Of a DNA stretch of 64,000 nt, positions 39,236 to 54,726 are shown one piece after another. Made by a program: the position numbers and the translations under genes. A model generated the notes under the pieces. The model ran no database searches. It saw nothing but the letters and a program-made list of their open reading frames with translations, and was not told the origin of the DNA. Each line of letters starts with the position of its first letter. The stretch's first letter is position 1. The stretch lies in NCBI GenBank assembly GCA_964016885.1, contig OZ024746.1, forward strand, positions 40,052,001-40,116,000, given 5' to 3'. Source of the stretch: Eledone cirrhosa (taxonomy: Eukaryota).

Positions 39236-42200
39236 CTATGTTCCATAATCGCAATGTCTTCTCCTCTCTCCATAATCGCTATGTCTTCTCATCTCTCTAT
39301 ATTCGCTATGTCTTCTCCTCTCTCTATATTCGCTATGTCTTCTCCTCTCTCTATATTCGCTATGTCTTCTCCTCTCTCTATATTCACTATGTCTTCTCAT
39401 CTCTCCATATTCGCTATGTCTTCTCATCTCTCTATATTCGCTATGTCTTCTTATCTCTCTATATTCGCTGTCTTCTCCTCTCTCTATATTCGCTATGTCT
39501 TCTCCTCTCTCTATATTCGCTATGTCTTCTCCTCTCTCTATATTCGCTATGTCTTCTCCTCTCTCTATATTCGCTATGTCTTCTCCTCTCTCTATATTCG
39601 CTATGTCTTCTCCTCTCTCTATATTCGCTATGTCTTCTCCTCTCTCTATATTCGCTATGTCTTCTCCTCTCTCTATATTCGCTATGTCTTCTCTTCTCTC
39701 TATATTCGCTATGTCTTCTCATCTCTCTATATTCGCTATGTCTTCTTATCTCTCTATATTCGCTGTCTTCTCCTCTCTCTATATTCGCTATGTCTTCTCC
39801 TCTCTCTATATTCGCTATGTCTTCTTCTCTCTCTATATTCGCTATGTCTTCTCCTCTCTCTATATTCGCTATGTCTTCTCTTCTCTCTATATTCGCTATG
39901 TCTTCTCATCTCTCTATATTCGCTATGTCTTCTTATCTCTCTATATTCGCTATGTCTTCTCCTCTCTCTATATTCGCTATGTCTTCTCCTCTCTCTATAT
40001 TCGCTATGTCTTCTCCTCTCTCTATATTCGCTATGTCTTCTCCTCTCTCTATATTCGCTATGTCTTCTTCTCTCTATATATTCGCTATGTCTTCTCCTCT
40101 CTCTATATTCGCTATGTCTTCTCCTCTCTCTATATTCGCTATGTCTTCTCCTCTCTCTATATTCGCTATGTCTTCTCCTCTCTCTATATTCGCTATGTCT
40201 TCTTCTCTCTATATATTCGCTATGTCTTCTCCTCTCTCTATATTCGCTATGTCTTCTCTTCTCTCTATATTCGCTATGTCTTCTCATCTCTCTATATCCG
40301 CAATGTCTTCTTATCTCTCTATATTCGCTATGTCTTCTCCTCTCTCTATATTCGCTATGTCTTCTCCTCTCTCTATATTCGCTATGTCTTCTCCTCTCTC
40401 TATATTCGCTATGTCTTCTCCTCTCTCTATATTCGCTATGTCTTCTCCTCTCTCTATATTCACTATGTCTTCTTATCTCTCTATATTCGCTATGTCTTCT
40501 CCTCTCTCTATATTCGCTATGTCTTCTCCTCTCTCTATATTCGCTATGTCTTCTCCTCTCTCTATATTCGCTATGTCTTCTCCTCTCTCTATATTCGCTA
40601 TGTCTTCTCATCTCTCTATATTCGCTATGTCTTCTTATCTCTCTATATTCGCTGTCTTCTCCTCTCTCTATATTCGCTATGTCTTCTTATCTCTCTATAT
40701 TCGCTATGTCTTCTCCTCTCTCTATATTCGCTATGTCTTCTCCTCTCTCTATATTCGCTGTCTTCTCCTCTCTCTATATTCGCTATGTCTTCTCCTCTCT
40801 CTATATTCGCTGTCTTCTCCTCTCTCTATATTCGCTATGTCTTCTTATCTCTCTATATTCGCTATGTCTTCTCCTCTCTCTATATTCGCTGTCTTCTCCT
40901 CTCTCTATATTCGCTATGTCTTCTTATCTCTCTATATTCGCTGTCTTCTCCTCTCTCTATATTCGCTATGTCTTCTCCTCTCTCTATATTCGCTATGTCT
41001 TCTTATCTCTCTATATTCGCTGTCTTCTCCTCTCTCTATATTCGCTATGTCTTCTCCTCTCTCTATATTCGCTATGTCTTCTTATCTCTCTATATTCGCT
41101 ATGTCTTCTCCTCTCTCTCTATATTCGCTATGTCTTCTCATCTCTCTATATTCGCTATGTCTTCTCCTCTCTCTATATTCGCTATGTCTTCTTATCTCTC
41201 TATATTCGCTATGTCTTCTCCTCTCTCTATATTCGCTATGTCTTCTCCTCTCTCTATATTCGCTGTCTTCTCCTCTCTCTATATTCGCTATGTCTTCTTA
41301 TCTCTCTATATTCGCTATGTCTTCTCCTCTCTCTATATTCGCTGTCTTCTCCTCTCTCTATATTCGCTATGTCCTCTTATCTCTCTATATTCGCTATGTC
41401 TTCTCCTCTCTCTATATTCGCTGTCTTCTCCTCTCTCTATATTCGCTATGTCTTCTTATCTCTCTATATTCGCTGTCTTCTCCTCTCTCTATATTCGCTA
41501 TGTCTTCTCCTCTCTCTATATTCGCTATGTCTTCTCCTCTCTCTATATTCGCTATGTCTTCTCCTCTCTCTATATTCGCTATGTCTTCTCCTCTCTCTAT
41601 ATTCGCTGTCTTCTCCTCTCTCTATATTCGCTATGTCTTCTCCTCTCTCTATATTCGCTGTCTTCTCCTCTCTCTATATTCGCTATGTCTTCTCCTCTCT
41701 CTATATTCGCTGTCTTCTCCTCTCTCTATATTCGCTATGTCTTCTCCTCTCTCTATATTCGCTGTCTTCTCCTCTCTCTATATTCGCTATGTCTTCTCCT
41801 CTCTCTATATTCGCTGTCTTCTCCTCTCTTTATATTCGCTATGTCTTCTTATCTCTCTATATTCGCTGTCTTCTCCTCTCTCTATATTCGCTATGTCTTC
41901 TCCTCTCTCTATATTCGCTATGTCTTCTCCTCTCTCTATATTCGCTATGTCTTCTCCTCTCTCTATATTCGCTATGTCTTCTCCTCTCTCTATATTCGCT
42001 GTCTTCTCCTCTCTCTATATTCGCTATGTCTTCTCCTCTCTCTGTATTCGCTGTCTTCTCCTCTCTCTATATTCGCTATGTCTTCTCCTCTCTCTATATT
42101 CGCTGTCTTCTCCTCTCTCTATATTCGCTATGTCTTCTCCTCTCTCTATATTCGCTGTCTTCTCCTCTCTCTATATTCGCTAGGTCTTCTCCTCTCTCTA

Positions 42201-45200
42201 TATTCGCTATGTCTTCTTATCTCTCTATATTCGCTGTCTTCTCCTCTCTCTATATTCGCTATGTCTTCTCCTCTCTCTATATTCGCTATGTCTTCTCCTC
42301 TCTCTATATTCGCTATGTCTTCTCCTCTCTCTATATTCCCTATGTCTTCTCCTCTCTCTATATTCGCTGTCTTCTCCTCTCTCTATATTCGCTATGTCTT
42401 CTCCTCTCTCTATATTCGCTGTCTTCTCCTCTCTCTATATTCGCTATGTCTTCTCCTCTCTCTATATTCGCTGTCTTCTCCTCTCTCTATATTCGCTATG
42501 TCTTCTCCTCTCTCTATATTCGCTATGTCTTCTCCTCTCTCTATATTCGCTGTCTTCTCCTCTCTCTATATTCGCTATGTCTTCTCCTCTCTCTATATTC
42601 GCTATGTCTTCTCATCTCTCTATATTCGCTATGTCTTCTCCTCTCTCTATATTCGCTGTCTTCTCCTCTCTCTATATTCGCTATGTCTTCTCCTCTCTCT
42701 ATATTCGCTGTCTTCTCCTCTCTCTATATTCGCTATGTCTTCTCCTCTCTCTATATTCGCTATGTCTTCTCCTCTCTCTATATTCGCTATGTCTTCTCCT
42801 CTCTCTATATTCGCTATGTCTTCTCCTCTCTCTATATTCGCTGTCATCTCCTCTCTCTATATTCGCTATGTCTTCTCCTCTCTCTATATTCGCTGTCTTC
42901 TCCTCTCTCTATATTCGCTATGTCTTCTCCTCTCTCTATATTCGCTGTCTTCTCCTCTCTCTATATTCGCTATGTCTTCTCCTCTCTCTATATTCGCTGT
43001 CTTCTCCTCTCTCTATATTCGCTATGTCTTCTCCTCTCTCTATATTCGCTGTCTTCTTATCTCTCTATATTCGCTGTCTTCTCCTCTCTCTATATTCGCT
43101 ATGTCTTCTCCTCTCTCTATATTCGCTATGTCTTCTCCTCTCTCTATATTCGCTATGTCTTCTCCTCTCTCTATATTCGCTGTCTTCTCCTCTCTCTATA
43201 TTCGCTATGTCTTCTCCTCTCTCTATATTCGCTGTCTTCTCCTCTCTCTATATTCGCTATGTCTTCTCCTCTCTCTATATTCGCTGTCTTCTCCTCTCTC
43301 TATATTCGCTATGTCTTCTCCTCTCTCTATATTCGCTGTCTTCTCCTCTCTCTATATTCGCTATGTCTTCTCCTCTCTCTATATTCGCTATGTCTTCTTA
43401 TCTCTCTATATTCGCTGTCTTCTCCTCTCTCTATATTCGCTATGTCTTCTCCTCTCTCTATATTCGCTATGTCTTCTCCTCTCTCTATATTCGCTATGTC
43501 TTCTCCTCTCTCTATATTCCCTATGTCTTCTCCTCTCTCTATATTCGCTGTCTTCTCCTCTCTCTATATTCGCTATGTCTTCTCCTCTCTCTATATTCGC
43601 TGTCTTCTCCTCTCTCTATATTCGCTATGTCTTCTCCTCTCTCTATATTCGCTGTCTTCTCCTCTCTCTATATTCGCTATGTCTTCTCCTCTCTCTATAT
43701 TCGCTATGTCTTCTCCTCTCTCTATATTCGCTGTCTTCTCCTCTCTCTATATTCGCTATGTCTTCTCCTCTCTCTATATTCGCTATGTCTTCTCATCTCT
43801 CTATATTCGCTATGTCTTCTCCTCTCTCTATATTCGCTGTCTTCTCCTCTCTCTATATTCGCTATGTCTTCTCCTCTCTCTATATTCGCTGTCTTCTCCT
43901 CTCTCTATATTCGCTATGTCTTCTCCTCTCTCTATATTCGCTATGTCTTCTCCTCTCTCTATATTCGCTATGTCTTCTCCTCTCTCTATATTCGCTATGT
44001 CTTCTCCTCTCTCTATATTCGCTGTCATCTCCTCTCTCTATATTCGCTATGTCTTCTCCTCTCTCTATATTCGCTGTCTTCTCCTCTCTCTATATTCGCT
44101 ATGTCTTCTCCTCTCTCTATATTCGCTGTCTTCTCCTCTCTCTATATTCGCTATGTCTTCTCCTCTCTCTATATTCGCTGTCTTCTCCTCTCTCTATATT
44201 CGCTATGTCTTCTCCTCTCTCTATATTCGCTGTCTTCTTATCTCTCTATATTCGCTGTCTTCTCCTCTCTCTATATTCGCTATGTCTTCTCCTCTCTCTA
44301 TATTCGCTATGTCTTCTCCTCTCTCTATATTCGCTATGTCTTCTCCTCTCTCTATATTCGCTGTCTTCTCCTCTCTCTATATTCGCTATGTCTTCTCCTC
44401 TCTCTATATTCGCTGTCTTCTCCTCTCTCTATATTCGCTATGTCTTCTCCTCTCTCTATATTCGCTGTCTTCTCCTCTCTCTATATTCGCTATGTCTTCT
44501 CCTCTCTCTATATTCGCTATGTCTTCTCCTCTCTCTATATTCGCTGTCTTCTCCTCTCTCTATATTCGCTATGTCTTCTCCTCTCTCTATATTCGCTATG
44601 TCTTCTCCTCTCTCTGTATTCGCTATGTCTTCTCCTCTCTCTATATTCGCTATGTCTTCTCCTCTCTCTATATTCGCTATGTCTTCTCATCTCTCTATAT
44701 TCGCTGTCTTCTCCTCTCTCTATATTCGCTATGTCTTCTCCTCTCTCTATATTCGCTATGTCTTCTCTTCTCTCTATATTCGCTATGTCTTCTCTTCTCT
44801 CTATATTCGCTATGTCTTCTCATCTCTCTATATTCGCTATGTCTTCTTATCTCTCTATATTCGCTGTCTTCTCCTCTCTCTATATTCGCTATGTCTTCTT
44901 ATCTCTCTATATTCGCTATGTCTTCTCTTCTCTCTATATTCGCTGTCTTCTCCTCTCTCTATATTCGCTATGTCTTCTCCTCTCTCTATATTCGCTATGT
45001 CTTCTTATCTCTCTATATTCGCTATGTCTTCTCTTCTCTCTATATTCGCTATGTCTTCTCATCTCTCTATATTCGCTATGTCTTCTTATCTCTCTATATT
45101 CGCTGTCTTCTCCTCTCTCTATATTCGCTATGTCTTCTTATCTCTCTATATTCGCTGTTTTCTCCTCTCTCTATATTCGCTATGTCTTCTTATCTCTCTA

Positions 45201-48200
45201 TATTCGCTATGTCTTCTCTTCTCTCTATATTCGCTGTCTTCTCCTCTCTCTATATTCGCTATGTCTTCTCCTCTCTCTATATTCGCTATGTCTTCTTATC
45301 TCTCTATATTCGCTATGTCTTCTCATCTCTCTATATTCGCTATGTCTTCTCTTCTCTCTATATTCGCTATGTCTTCTCCTCTCTCTATATTCGCTATGTC
45401 TTCTCTTCTCTCTATATTCGCTGTGTCTTCTCTTCTCTCTATATTCGCTATGTCTTCTCATCTCTCTATATTCGCTATGTCTTCTTATCTCTCTATATTC
45501 GCTGTCTTCTCCTCTCTCTATATTCGCTATGTCTTCTTATCTCTCTATATTCGCTATGTCTTCTCTTCTCTCTATATTCGCTGTCTTCTCCTCTCTCTAT
45601 ATTCGCTATGTCTTCTCCTCTCTCTATATTCGCTATGTCTTCTCCTCTCTCTATATTCGCTATGTCTTCTCCTCTCTCTATATTCGCTATGTCTTCTTAT
45701 CTCTCTATATTCGCTATGTCTTCTCTTCTCTCTATATTCGCTATGTCTTCTCCTCTCTCTATATTCGCTATGTCTTCTCCTCTCTCTATATTCGCTATGT
45801 CTTCTCCTCTCTCTATATTCGCTATGTCTTCTTATCTCTCTATATTCGCTATGTCTTCTCTTCTCTCTATATTCGCTGTCTTCTCCTCTCTCTATATTCG
45901 CTATGTCTTCTCCTCTCTCTATATTCGCTATGTCTTCTTATCTCTCTCTATATTCGCTATGTCTTCTCCTCTCTCTATATTCGCTATGTCTTCTCCTCTC
46001 TCTATATACGCTGTCTTCTCCTCTCTCTATATTCGCTATGTCTTCTCCTCTCTCTATATTCGCTGTCTTCTCCTCTCTCTATATTCGCTATGTCTTCTCC
46101 TCTCTCTATATTCGCTATGTCTTCTTATCTCTCTATATTCGCTGTCTTCTCCTCTCTCTATATTCGCTGTCTTCTCCTCTCTCTATATTCGCTATGTCTT
46201 CTCCTCTCTCTATATTCGCTATGTCTTCTCCTCTCTCTATATTCGCTATGTCTTCTCCTCTCTCTATATTCGCTGTCTTCTCCTCTCTCTATATTCGCTA
46301 TGTCTTCTCCTCTCTCTATATTCGCTGTCTTCTCCTCTCTCTATATTCGCTATGTCTTCTCCTCTCTCTATATTCGCTGTCTTCTCCTCTCTCTATATTC
46401 GCTATGTCTTCTCCTCTCTCTATATTCGCTGTCTTCTCCTCTCTCTATATTCGCTATGTCTTCTCCTCTCTCTATATTCGCTATGTCTTCTTATCTCTCT
46501 ATATTCGCTGTCTTCTCCTCTCTCTATATTCGCTATGTCTTCTCCTCTCTCTATATTCGCTATGTCTTCTCCTCTCTCTATATTCGCTATGTCTTCTCCT
46601 CTCTCTATATTCGCTATGTCTTCTCCTCTCTCTATATTCGCTGTCTTCTCCTCTCTCTATATTCGCTATGTCTTCTCCTCTCTCTATATTCGCTGTCTTC
46701 TCCTCTCTCTATATTCGCTATGTCTTCTCCTCTCTCTATATTCGCTGTCTTCTCCTCTCTCTATATTCGCTATGTCTTCTCCTCTCTCTATATTCGCTAT
46801 GTCTTCTCCTCTCTCTATATTCGCTGTCTTCTCCTCTCTCTATATTCGCTATGTCTTCTCCTCTCTCTATATTCGCTATGTCTTCTCATCTCTCTATATT
46901 CGCTATGTCTTCTCCTCTCTCTATATTCGCTGTCTTCTCCTCTCTCTATATTCGCTATGTCTTCTCCTCTCTCTATATTCGCTGTCTTCTCCTCTCTCTA
47001 TATTCGCTATGTCTTCTCCTCTCTCTATATTCGCTATGTCTTCTCCTCTCTCTATATTCGCTATGTCTTCTCCTCTCTCTATATTCGCTATGTCTTCTCC
47101 TCTCTCTATATTCGCTGTCATCTCCTCTCTCTATATTCGCTATGTCTTCTCCTCTCTCTATATTCGCTGTCTTCTCCTCTCTCTATATTCGCTATGTCTT
47201 CTCCTCTCTCTATATTCGCTGTCTTCTCCTCTCTCTATATTCGCTATGTCTTCTCCTCTCTCTATATTCGCTGTCTTCTCCTCTCTCTATATTCGCTATG
47301 TCTTCTCCTCTCTCTATATTCGCTGTCTTCTTATCTCTCTATATTCGCTGTCTTCTCCTCTCTCTATATTCGCTATGTCTTCTCCTCTCTCTATATTCGC
47401 TATGTCTTCTCCTCTCTCTATATTCGCTATGTCTTCTCCTCTCTCTATATTCGCTGTCTTCTCCTCTCTCTATATTCGCTATGTCTTCTCCTCTCTCTAT
47501 ATTCGCTGTCTTCTCCTCTCTCTATATTCGCTATGCCTTCTCCTCTCTCTATATTCGCTGTCTTCTCCTCTCTCTATATTCGCTATGTCTTCTCCTCTCC
47601 CTATATTCGCTGTCTTCTCCTCTCTCTATATTCGCTATGTCTTCTCCTCTCTATATATTCGCTATGTCTTCTCCTCTCTCTATATTCGCTATGTCTTCTC
47701 CTCTCTCTATATTCGCTATGTCTTCTCCTCTCTCTATATTCGCTATGTCTTCTCATCTCTCTATATTCGCTGTCTTCTCCTCTCTCTATATTCGCTATGT
47801 CTTCTCCTCTCTCTATATTCGCTATGTCTTCTCTTCTCTCTATATTCGCTATGTCTTCTCTTCTCTCTATATTCGCTATGTCTTCTCATCTCTCTATATT
47901 CGCTATGTCTTCTTATCTCTCTATATTCGCTGTCTTCTCCTCTCTCTATATTCGCTATGTCTTCTTATCTCTCTATATTCGCTATGTCTTCTCTTCTCTC
48001 TATATTCGCTGTCTTCTCCTCTCTCTATATTCGCTATGTCTTCTCCTCTCTCTATATTCGCTATGTCTTCTTATCTCTCTATATTCGCTATGTCTTCTCT
48101 TCTCTCTATATTCGCTATGTCTTCTCATCTCTCTATATTCGCTATGTCTTCTTATCTCTCTATATTCGCTGTCTTCTCCTCTCTCTATATTCGCTATGTC

Positions 48201-50965
48201 TTCTTATCTCTCTATACTCGCTGTCTTCTCCTCTCTCTATATTCGCTATGTCTTCTTATCTCTCTATATTCGCTATGTCTTCTCTTCTCTCTATATTCGC
48301 TGTCTTCTCCTCTCTCTATATTCGCTATGTCTTCTCCTCTCTCTATATTCGCTATGTCTTCTTATCTCTCTATATTCGCTATGTCTTCTCATCTCTCTAT
48401 ATTCGCTATGTCTTCTCTTCTCTCTATATTCGCTATGTCTTCTTATCTCTCTATATTCGCTATGTCTTCTCCTCTCTCTATATTCGCTATGTCTTCTCCT
48501 CTCTCTATATTCGCTATGTCTTCTCCTCTCTCTATATTCGCTATGTCTTCTTATCTCTCTATATTCGCTATGTCTTCTCTTCTCTCTATATTCGCTATGT
48601 CTTCTCCTCTCTCTATATTCGCTATGTCTTCTCCTCTCTCTATATTCGCTATGTCTTCTCCTCTCTCTATATTCGCTATGTCTTCTTATCTCTCTATATT
48701 CGCTATGTCTTCTCCTCTCTCTATATTCGCTATGTCTTCTCCTCTCTCTATATTCGCTATGTCTTCTTATCTCTCTATATTCGCTATGTCTTCTCTTCTC
48801 TCTATATTCGCTATGTCTTCTCCTCTCTCTATATTCGCTATGTCTTCTCCTCTCTCTATATTCGCTGTCTTCTCCTCTCTCTATATTCGCTATGTCTTCT
48901 CCTCTCTCTATATTCGCTATGTCTTCTCTTCTCTCTATATTCGCTATGTCTTCTCTTCTCTCTATATTCGCTATGTCTTCTCCTCTCTCTATATTCGCTA
49001 TGTCTTCTTATCTCTCTATATTCGCTGTCTTCTCCTCTCGCTCTATATTCGCTATGTCTTCTTATCTCTCTATATTCGCTGTCTTCTCCTCTCTCTATAT
49101 TCGCTATGTCTTCTTATCTCTCTATATTCGCTGTCTTCTCCTCTCTCTATATTCGCTATGTCTTCTTATCTCTCTATATTCGCTGTCTTCTCCTCTCTCT
49201 ATATTCGCTATGTCTTCTCCTCTCTCTATATTCGCTATGTCTTCTCCTCTCTCTATATTCGCTATGTCTTCTCCTCTCTCTATATTCGCTATGTCTTCTC
49301 CTCTCTCTATATTCGCTATGTCTTCTCTTCTCTCTATATTCGCTATGTCTTCTCCTCTCTCTATATTCGCTATGTCTACTCCTCTCTCTATATTCGCTAT
49401 GTCTTCTTCTCTCTCTATATTCGCTATGTCTTCTCATCTCTCTATATTCGCTATGTCTTCTCCTCTCTCTATATTCGCTATGTCTTCTCATCTCTCTATA
49501 TTCGCTATGTCTTCTCCTCTCTCTATATTCGCTGTCTTCTCCTCTCTCTATATTCGCTGTCTTCTCCTCTCTCCATAATCGCTATGTCTTCTCCTCTCTC
49601 TATATTCGCTATGTCTTCTCATCTCTCTATATTCGCTGTCTTCTCCTCTCTCTATATTCGCTATGTCTTCTCTTCTCTCTATATTCGCTATGTCTTCTCC
49701 TCTCTCTATATTCGCTATGTCTTCTCCTCTCTCTATAATCGCTATGTCTTCTCCTCTCTCCATAATCGCTATGTCTTCTTATCTCTCTATATTCGCTATG
49801 TCTTCTTATCTCTCTATATTCGCTATGTCTTCTCATCTCTCTATATTCGCTGTCTTCTCCTCTCTCCATAATCGCTATGTCTTCTCCTCTCTCTATATTC
49901 GCTATGTCTTCTCATCTCTCTATATTCGCTATGTCTTCTTATCTCTCTATATTCGCTGTCTTCTCCTCTCTCTATATTCGCTATGTCTTCTTCTCTCTCT
50001 ATATTCGCTATGTCTTCTTATCTCTCTATATTCGCTGTCTTCTCCTCTCTCTATATTCGCTATGTCTTCTCCTCTCTCTATATTCGCTATGTCTTCTCAT
50101 CTCTCTATATTCGCTATGTCTTCTCCTCTCTCTATATTCGCTATGTCCTCTCCTCTCTCTATATTCGCTATGTCTTCTCATCTCTCTATATTCGCTATGT
50201 CTTCTCATCTCTCTATATTCGCTATGTCTTCTCCTCTCTCTATATTCGCTATGTCTTCTTCTCTCTCTATATTCGCTATGTCTTCTCCTCTCTCTATATT
50301 CGCTATGTCTTCTCCTCTCTCTATATTCGCTATGTCCTCCTCTCTCTATATTCGCTATGTCTTCTCCTCTCTCTATATTCGCTATGTCTTCTCATCTCTC
50401 TATATTCGCTATGTCTTCTCATCTCTCTATATTCGCTATGTCCTCTCCTCTCTCTATATTCGCTATGTCTTCTCATCTCTCTATATTCGCTATGTCTTCT
50501 TATCTCTCTATATTCGCTGTCTTCTCCTCTCTCTATATTCGCTATGTCTTCTTCTCTCTCTATATTCGCTATGTCTTCTCCTCTCTCTATATTCGCTATG
50601 TCTTCTCCTCTCTCTATATTCGCTATGTCCTCCTCTCTCTATATTCGCTATGTCTTCTCCTCTCTCTATATTCGCTATGTCTTCTCCTCTCTCTATATTC
50701 GCTATGTCTTCTTATCTCTCTATATTCGCTATGTCTTCTTCTCTCTCTATATTCGCTGTCTTCTTCTCTCTATATATTCGCTATGTCTTCTCCTCTCTCT
50801 ATATTCGCTATGTCTTCTCTTCTCTCTATATTCGCTATGTCTTCTCATCTCTCTATATTCGCTGTCTTCTCCTCTCTCTATATTCGCTATGTCTTCTTAT
50901 CTCTCTATATTCGCTATGTCTTCTCTTCTCTCTATATTCGCTATGTCCTCTGATATCTATATTCT
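39236..50965. repeat. ~11.7-kb minisatellite, 27-bp unit ATTCGCTATGTCTTCTCCTCTCTCTAT with a 25-bp variant
   Basis: Direct reading; variants CTCCT/CTCAT/CTTAT/CTCTT; TA-deleted 25-mers are interspersed. Confidence 0.98.
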
Positions 50966-51084
50966 GTGATCACTATATTCTTTGGACGCTATGCCCTCGG
51001 TAACGTTATGTTTTCTAGTCCCTCTATTATTTATCACTATATTCTCTTATCACTATATTTGTGGATCATATTATTTATTTTCTT

Positions 51085-51295
51085 GTCGGAATCCGACGCA
51101 AAACCTATATTAAAGGGTTTTGACTTAGCACCATTTATCCGAACACAAATACTAGGGCATTCGTATAGGGACTTCAAAGCAAGCAGAACCTCTCCGTCGA
51201 TCCCCAAACTCCAGTGGTACCTTTCACAACAAGTCACGTGGGATGCGATCGTATGCCTTTTCGGGGCAACTTTTGGCAATACTCCCATGATAGAC
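51085..51295 (-). pseudogene. RTE-clade LINE reverse transcriptase fragment
   Basis: EKAYDRIPRD, then after a frameshift GIDGEVLLALKSLY..CVRINGAKSKPFNIG. Confidence 0.8.
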
Positions 51296-51324
51296 ATGTG
51301 AACATTTACATAGTACTGATTTCT

Positions 51325-51772
51325 ATGGCCGTCTCTGCTATTAAGTGAACTAAACGGTCGCCTAGGGTGGAGAGCTCAGAGAGGCGAATTACTGTACCTT
51401 AAAGGATCAGTTTTATACAAATTTATATAATTAACTTTAATATATAAAACATTTCCTGCGATCAATAAATTTATTGCTAAATATCTTTGCCACGTAGCAG
51501 TGTTGTGGAAATACCTAAAATAGTGCAGAGGACCGTAGTGTGTTATGAACAGTGACTTAATTTGGTAAGTGGGTGTGGACTGGGTAGTAAAATATGCAGG
51601 GTTATAATTGTCTTAGTGTAGACATACCAAGAAGTGTCAAAAACTAGGTTCGTCAGCTTACCAAATTCTAAGTCGAAATTATTTTATTTGGGAGAATGAG
51701 GTACGTATCTAGGAGAAGAGGGCGCACATTACAGAGCCAGTCTACGGCACAGAATACCCAGGCGCCGGCTCC
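51325..51772 (-). mobile_element. hAT-like MITE, second copy
   Basis: Homologous to 33820-34270; minus-strand end CCCTAGGCGACCGTTTAGTTCACTTAATAGCAGAGACGGCC. Confidence 0.6.
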
Positions 51773-51950
51773 AGGAGCGGAGAAGAATCGATTAAATCTG
51801 ATTCAGTACTTGATTTTATTGACCTTGAAAAGATGAAAGACACATTGACCTCGGTAGAACGGGAATTTGGAACGTAAAAAATATTGAAAGAATTTTATCC
51901 GACGCTCTATTAATTCTGCCAACTCACTAGCCTGAATAATTACACAATAT

Positions 51951-51987
<37 letters not shown>

Positions 51988-52150
51988 TATTTCCTTTATT
52001 TGCCTTTCTACATTTTTCCACAGGAGCTGGTTTAAATCTAGATATAATATAGGAACAAAAGAAACTTAATTTCGATAATTGATATATATACATATAAACA
52101 CATACACACACACATATATATATATGTGTTTGTGTGTATGTGTGTGTGTT

Positions 52151-52239
<89 letters not shown>

Positions 52240-52567
52240 ATATATATATATGTATGTATGTATGTATGATTATATATCATCTTGGTTAAGAGAGTGGGAC
52301 TGGCTTTGTGCAGTGCCTTTGCTCACTATAAAAGCTTCACGGCACAGGCATTGCTTTATATCTGGAGATCTCTCTGCACTTGTCGTCACATGGTACCATG
52401 GGCCCAGCACTATGTGTCAATAATTGTCACAAGTGTAGTGTTTGTACCCGAGTTTTCAAGTCGCTGGCTGGACTAAAAAGTCACACTCGTTCAGCGCATC
52501 AGTAGGGCTTCTCCTACATGGATATGAAGTAGTGGCCGTACTCGAAAACGAGTTGGCAGCCACCATG

Positions 52568-52626
<59 letters not shown>

Positions 52627-53235
52627 TCAAGAGAGAATGTGTGTGAATGAGTGGCAGAGAAAAACACCAATAAATTAAAAATACCAAAACAATTAGTTAT
52701 AATAAAGAAACAATATCGACATTGTTTTTCTTTTGTTAAACCACATTCAAAATAACTGTAATAACAATTTATTCAAGTATAATACTATATTCCTTAACTG
52801 TTTTATATGTATCCTCAATAGTACCAGCGTTCGTTCTGCAAATCAAACCTGCTATACTAATCGACAAGACTCTGTGATCAAAGCGCTGAAACAGAAATCC
52901 AATGCAGCGGTAATGATCCAGTAAAAGTTCCGCATGCAGAAAAGCGGAGAAAAACTACAAAACGTCGCCATTTTTTTTTTTTATTATTATTATTCTTACC
53001 CTCTCTTCCAAGTGATTTCCTTTCTTAGATGATATAAAATGGATGAAAATCAAATCGAATTATTGCTTCGACTGTTAATCAGTATATCTCAGATATACTA
53101 ATTTGATAACACATTTTTAAAAAAAAGCAACTCAAATACTCTATAGATTCTAATGTTCAACTAATGTGTAACTGAGACGAAGCCAAAATGATACGGATTA
53201 TGTAAGCCAGTACAATATATATATGTGTGTGTGTG

Positions 53236-53280
<45 letters not shown>

Positions 53281-53325
53281 GAAAAGTATAGAAATTGTTG
53301 TAGCGAGAAGCTAACAGTATTCCAT

Positions 53326-53367
<42 letters not shown>

Positions 53368-53496
53368 TTTTGCGAGGTTTTTTATATGAAATCGTGTGTC
53401 GAAACAAATATAAAAGACAGCGAGAAGCGAAAACCAACCAAACAGTGAGTGTGTTCTGTTATTAATTCTGGCAATATTACACAAATATGACCCTCC

Positions 53497-53860
<364 letters not shown>

Positions 53861-53861
53861 A

Positions 53862-54003
53862 TGGTTCTTTATTTTATCGACCGTGTATGGATGAAAGGCA
53901 AAGTTAACCTTGGCGGGATTTGAACTCAGTCGATAAATGGACGTAACTCTATGCTGGAAAGCATGGCGTCTGACCCTTTACCGATACTGCCAATCTACCG
54001 CCC
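53862..54003 (-). mobile_element. family 1 SINE (partial)
   Basis: A/B boxes and core motif. Confidence 0.8.
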
Positions 54004-54726
54004 AATACAAGTTGCTTATACGTACAAGTTTCTGATTTATATATAGTATTTATTGTCTATTTGTTTTATATTCTGTCTGCCTTTTGTTTACTTATTTATT
54101 TATCTACTTATTTATTTACGTACATGCCTGAAGTCGATGAAGGGTCATAAAATCCATGAAAGTATTGCTTGTCTAAAAGGTTTGAAGATCTCAGCTTTAA
54201 ATTTTAACATCCTGTAACAGTTTAGCATAAAATGTATAAAAACAGGTTTGTTGATTCAATTAATTCAAATTTTTATAGTGTCTTTTCTAGAGAACAACAA
54301 CTAAAGACTTTAATTTTTCACACGAAGCAGTCATAGCGCTGTTTTGTACTCTTCATGAATATCTTGCTAAAGTGAGTTCATGGATGTTTTTTTTTTGTTT
54401 GTTTTAATTCAAATGTTTACAATATGTTTGCTAGTGGGCAGATCGTTGCTAAATTTACAATATTAAACTAAAGATTTTAATTTTCAATATAATGCAATTA
54501 TAGAGCTGTTTTATAATTTTCAAAAATGTCTTACTAATATGGTTTCATGTGGTACAGGATGTTAAGAGATAAAGTATTTAAGAAAACATGGTGACTCTAT
54601 TTCTCAGTATTCAACACATATATAATATTGCCCACAAATTTGCGGAGGCTATCAAAAACTTGACGAAACATTACAAGGTCTAAGAGAGAGTGATAACAAA
54701 ACACAAATACTGCTCAATATTAGTGA

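Noticed and set aside
39236-50965. CRISPR-like array
   Set aside because: No unique spacers and no cas genes; eukaryotic context.
39238-51003. Giant ORFs (up to 3494 aa) and minus-strand RERRRHSEY repeats resembling a neuropeptide precursor
   Set aside because: All plus frames are open because the unit lacks stops; 25-bp units shift frame constantly; no signal peptide or unique sequence.
52840-52980. Minus-strand AAAATGGCG (YY1/start-like) with a short ORF
   Set aside because: Only 39 codons and no recognisable homology.
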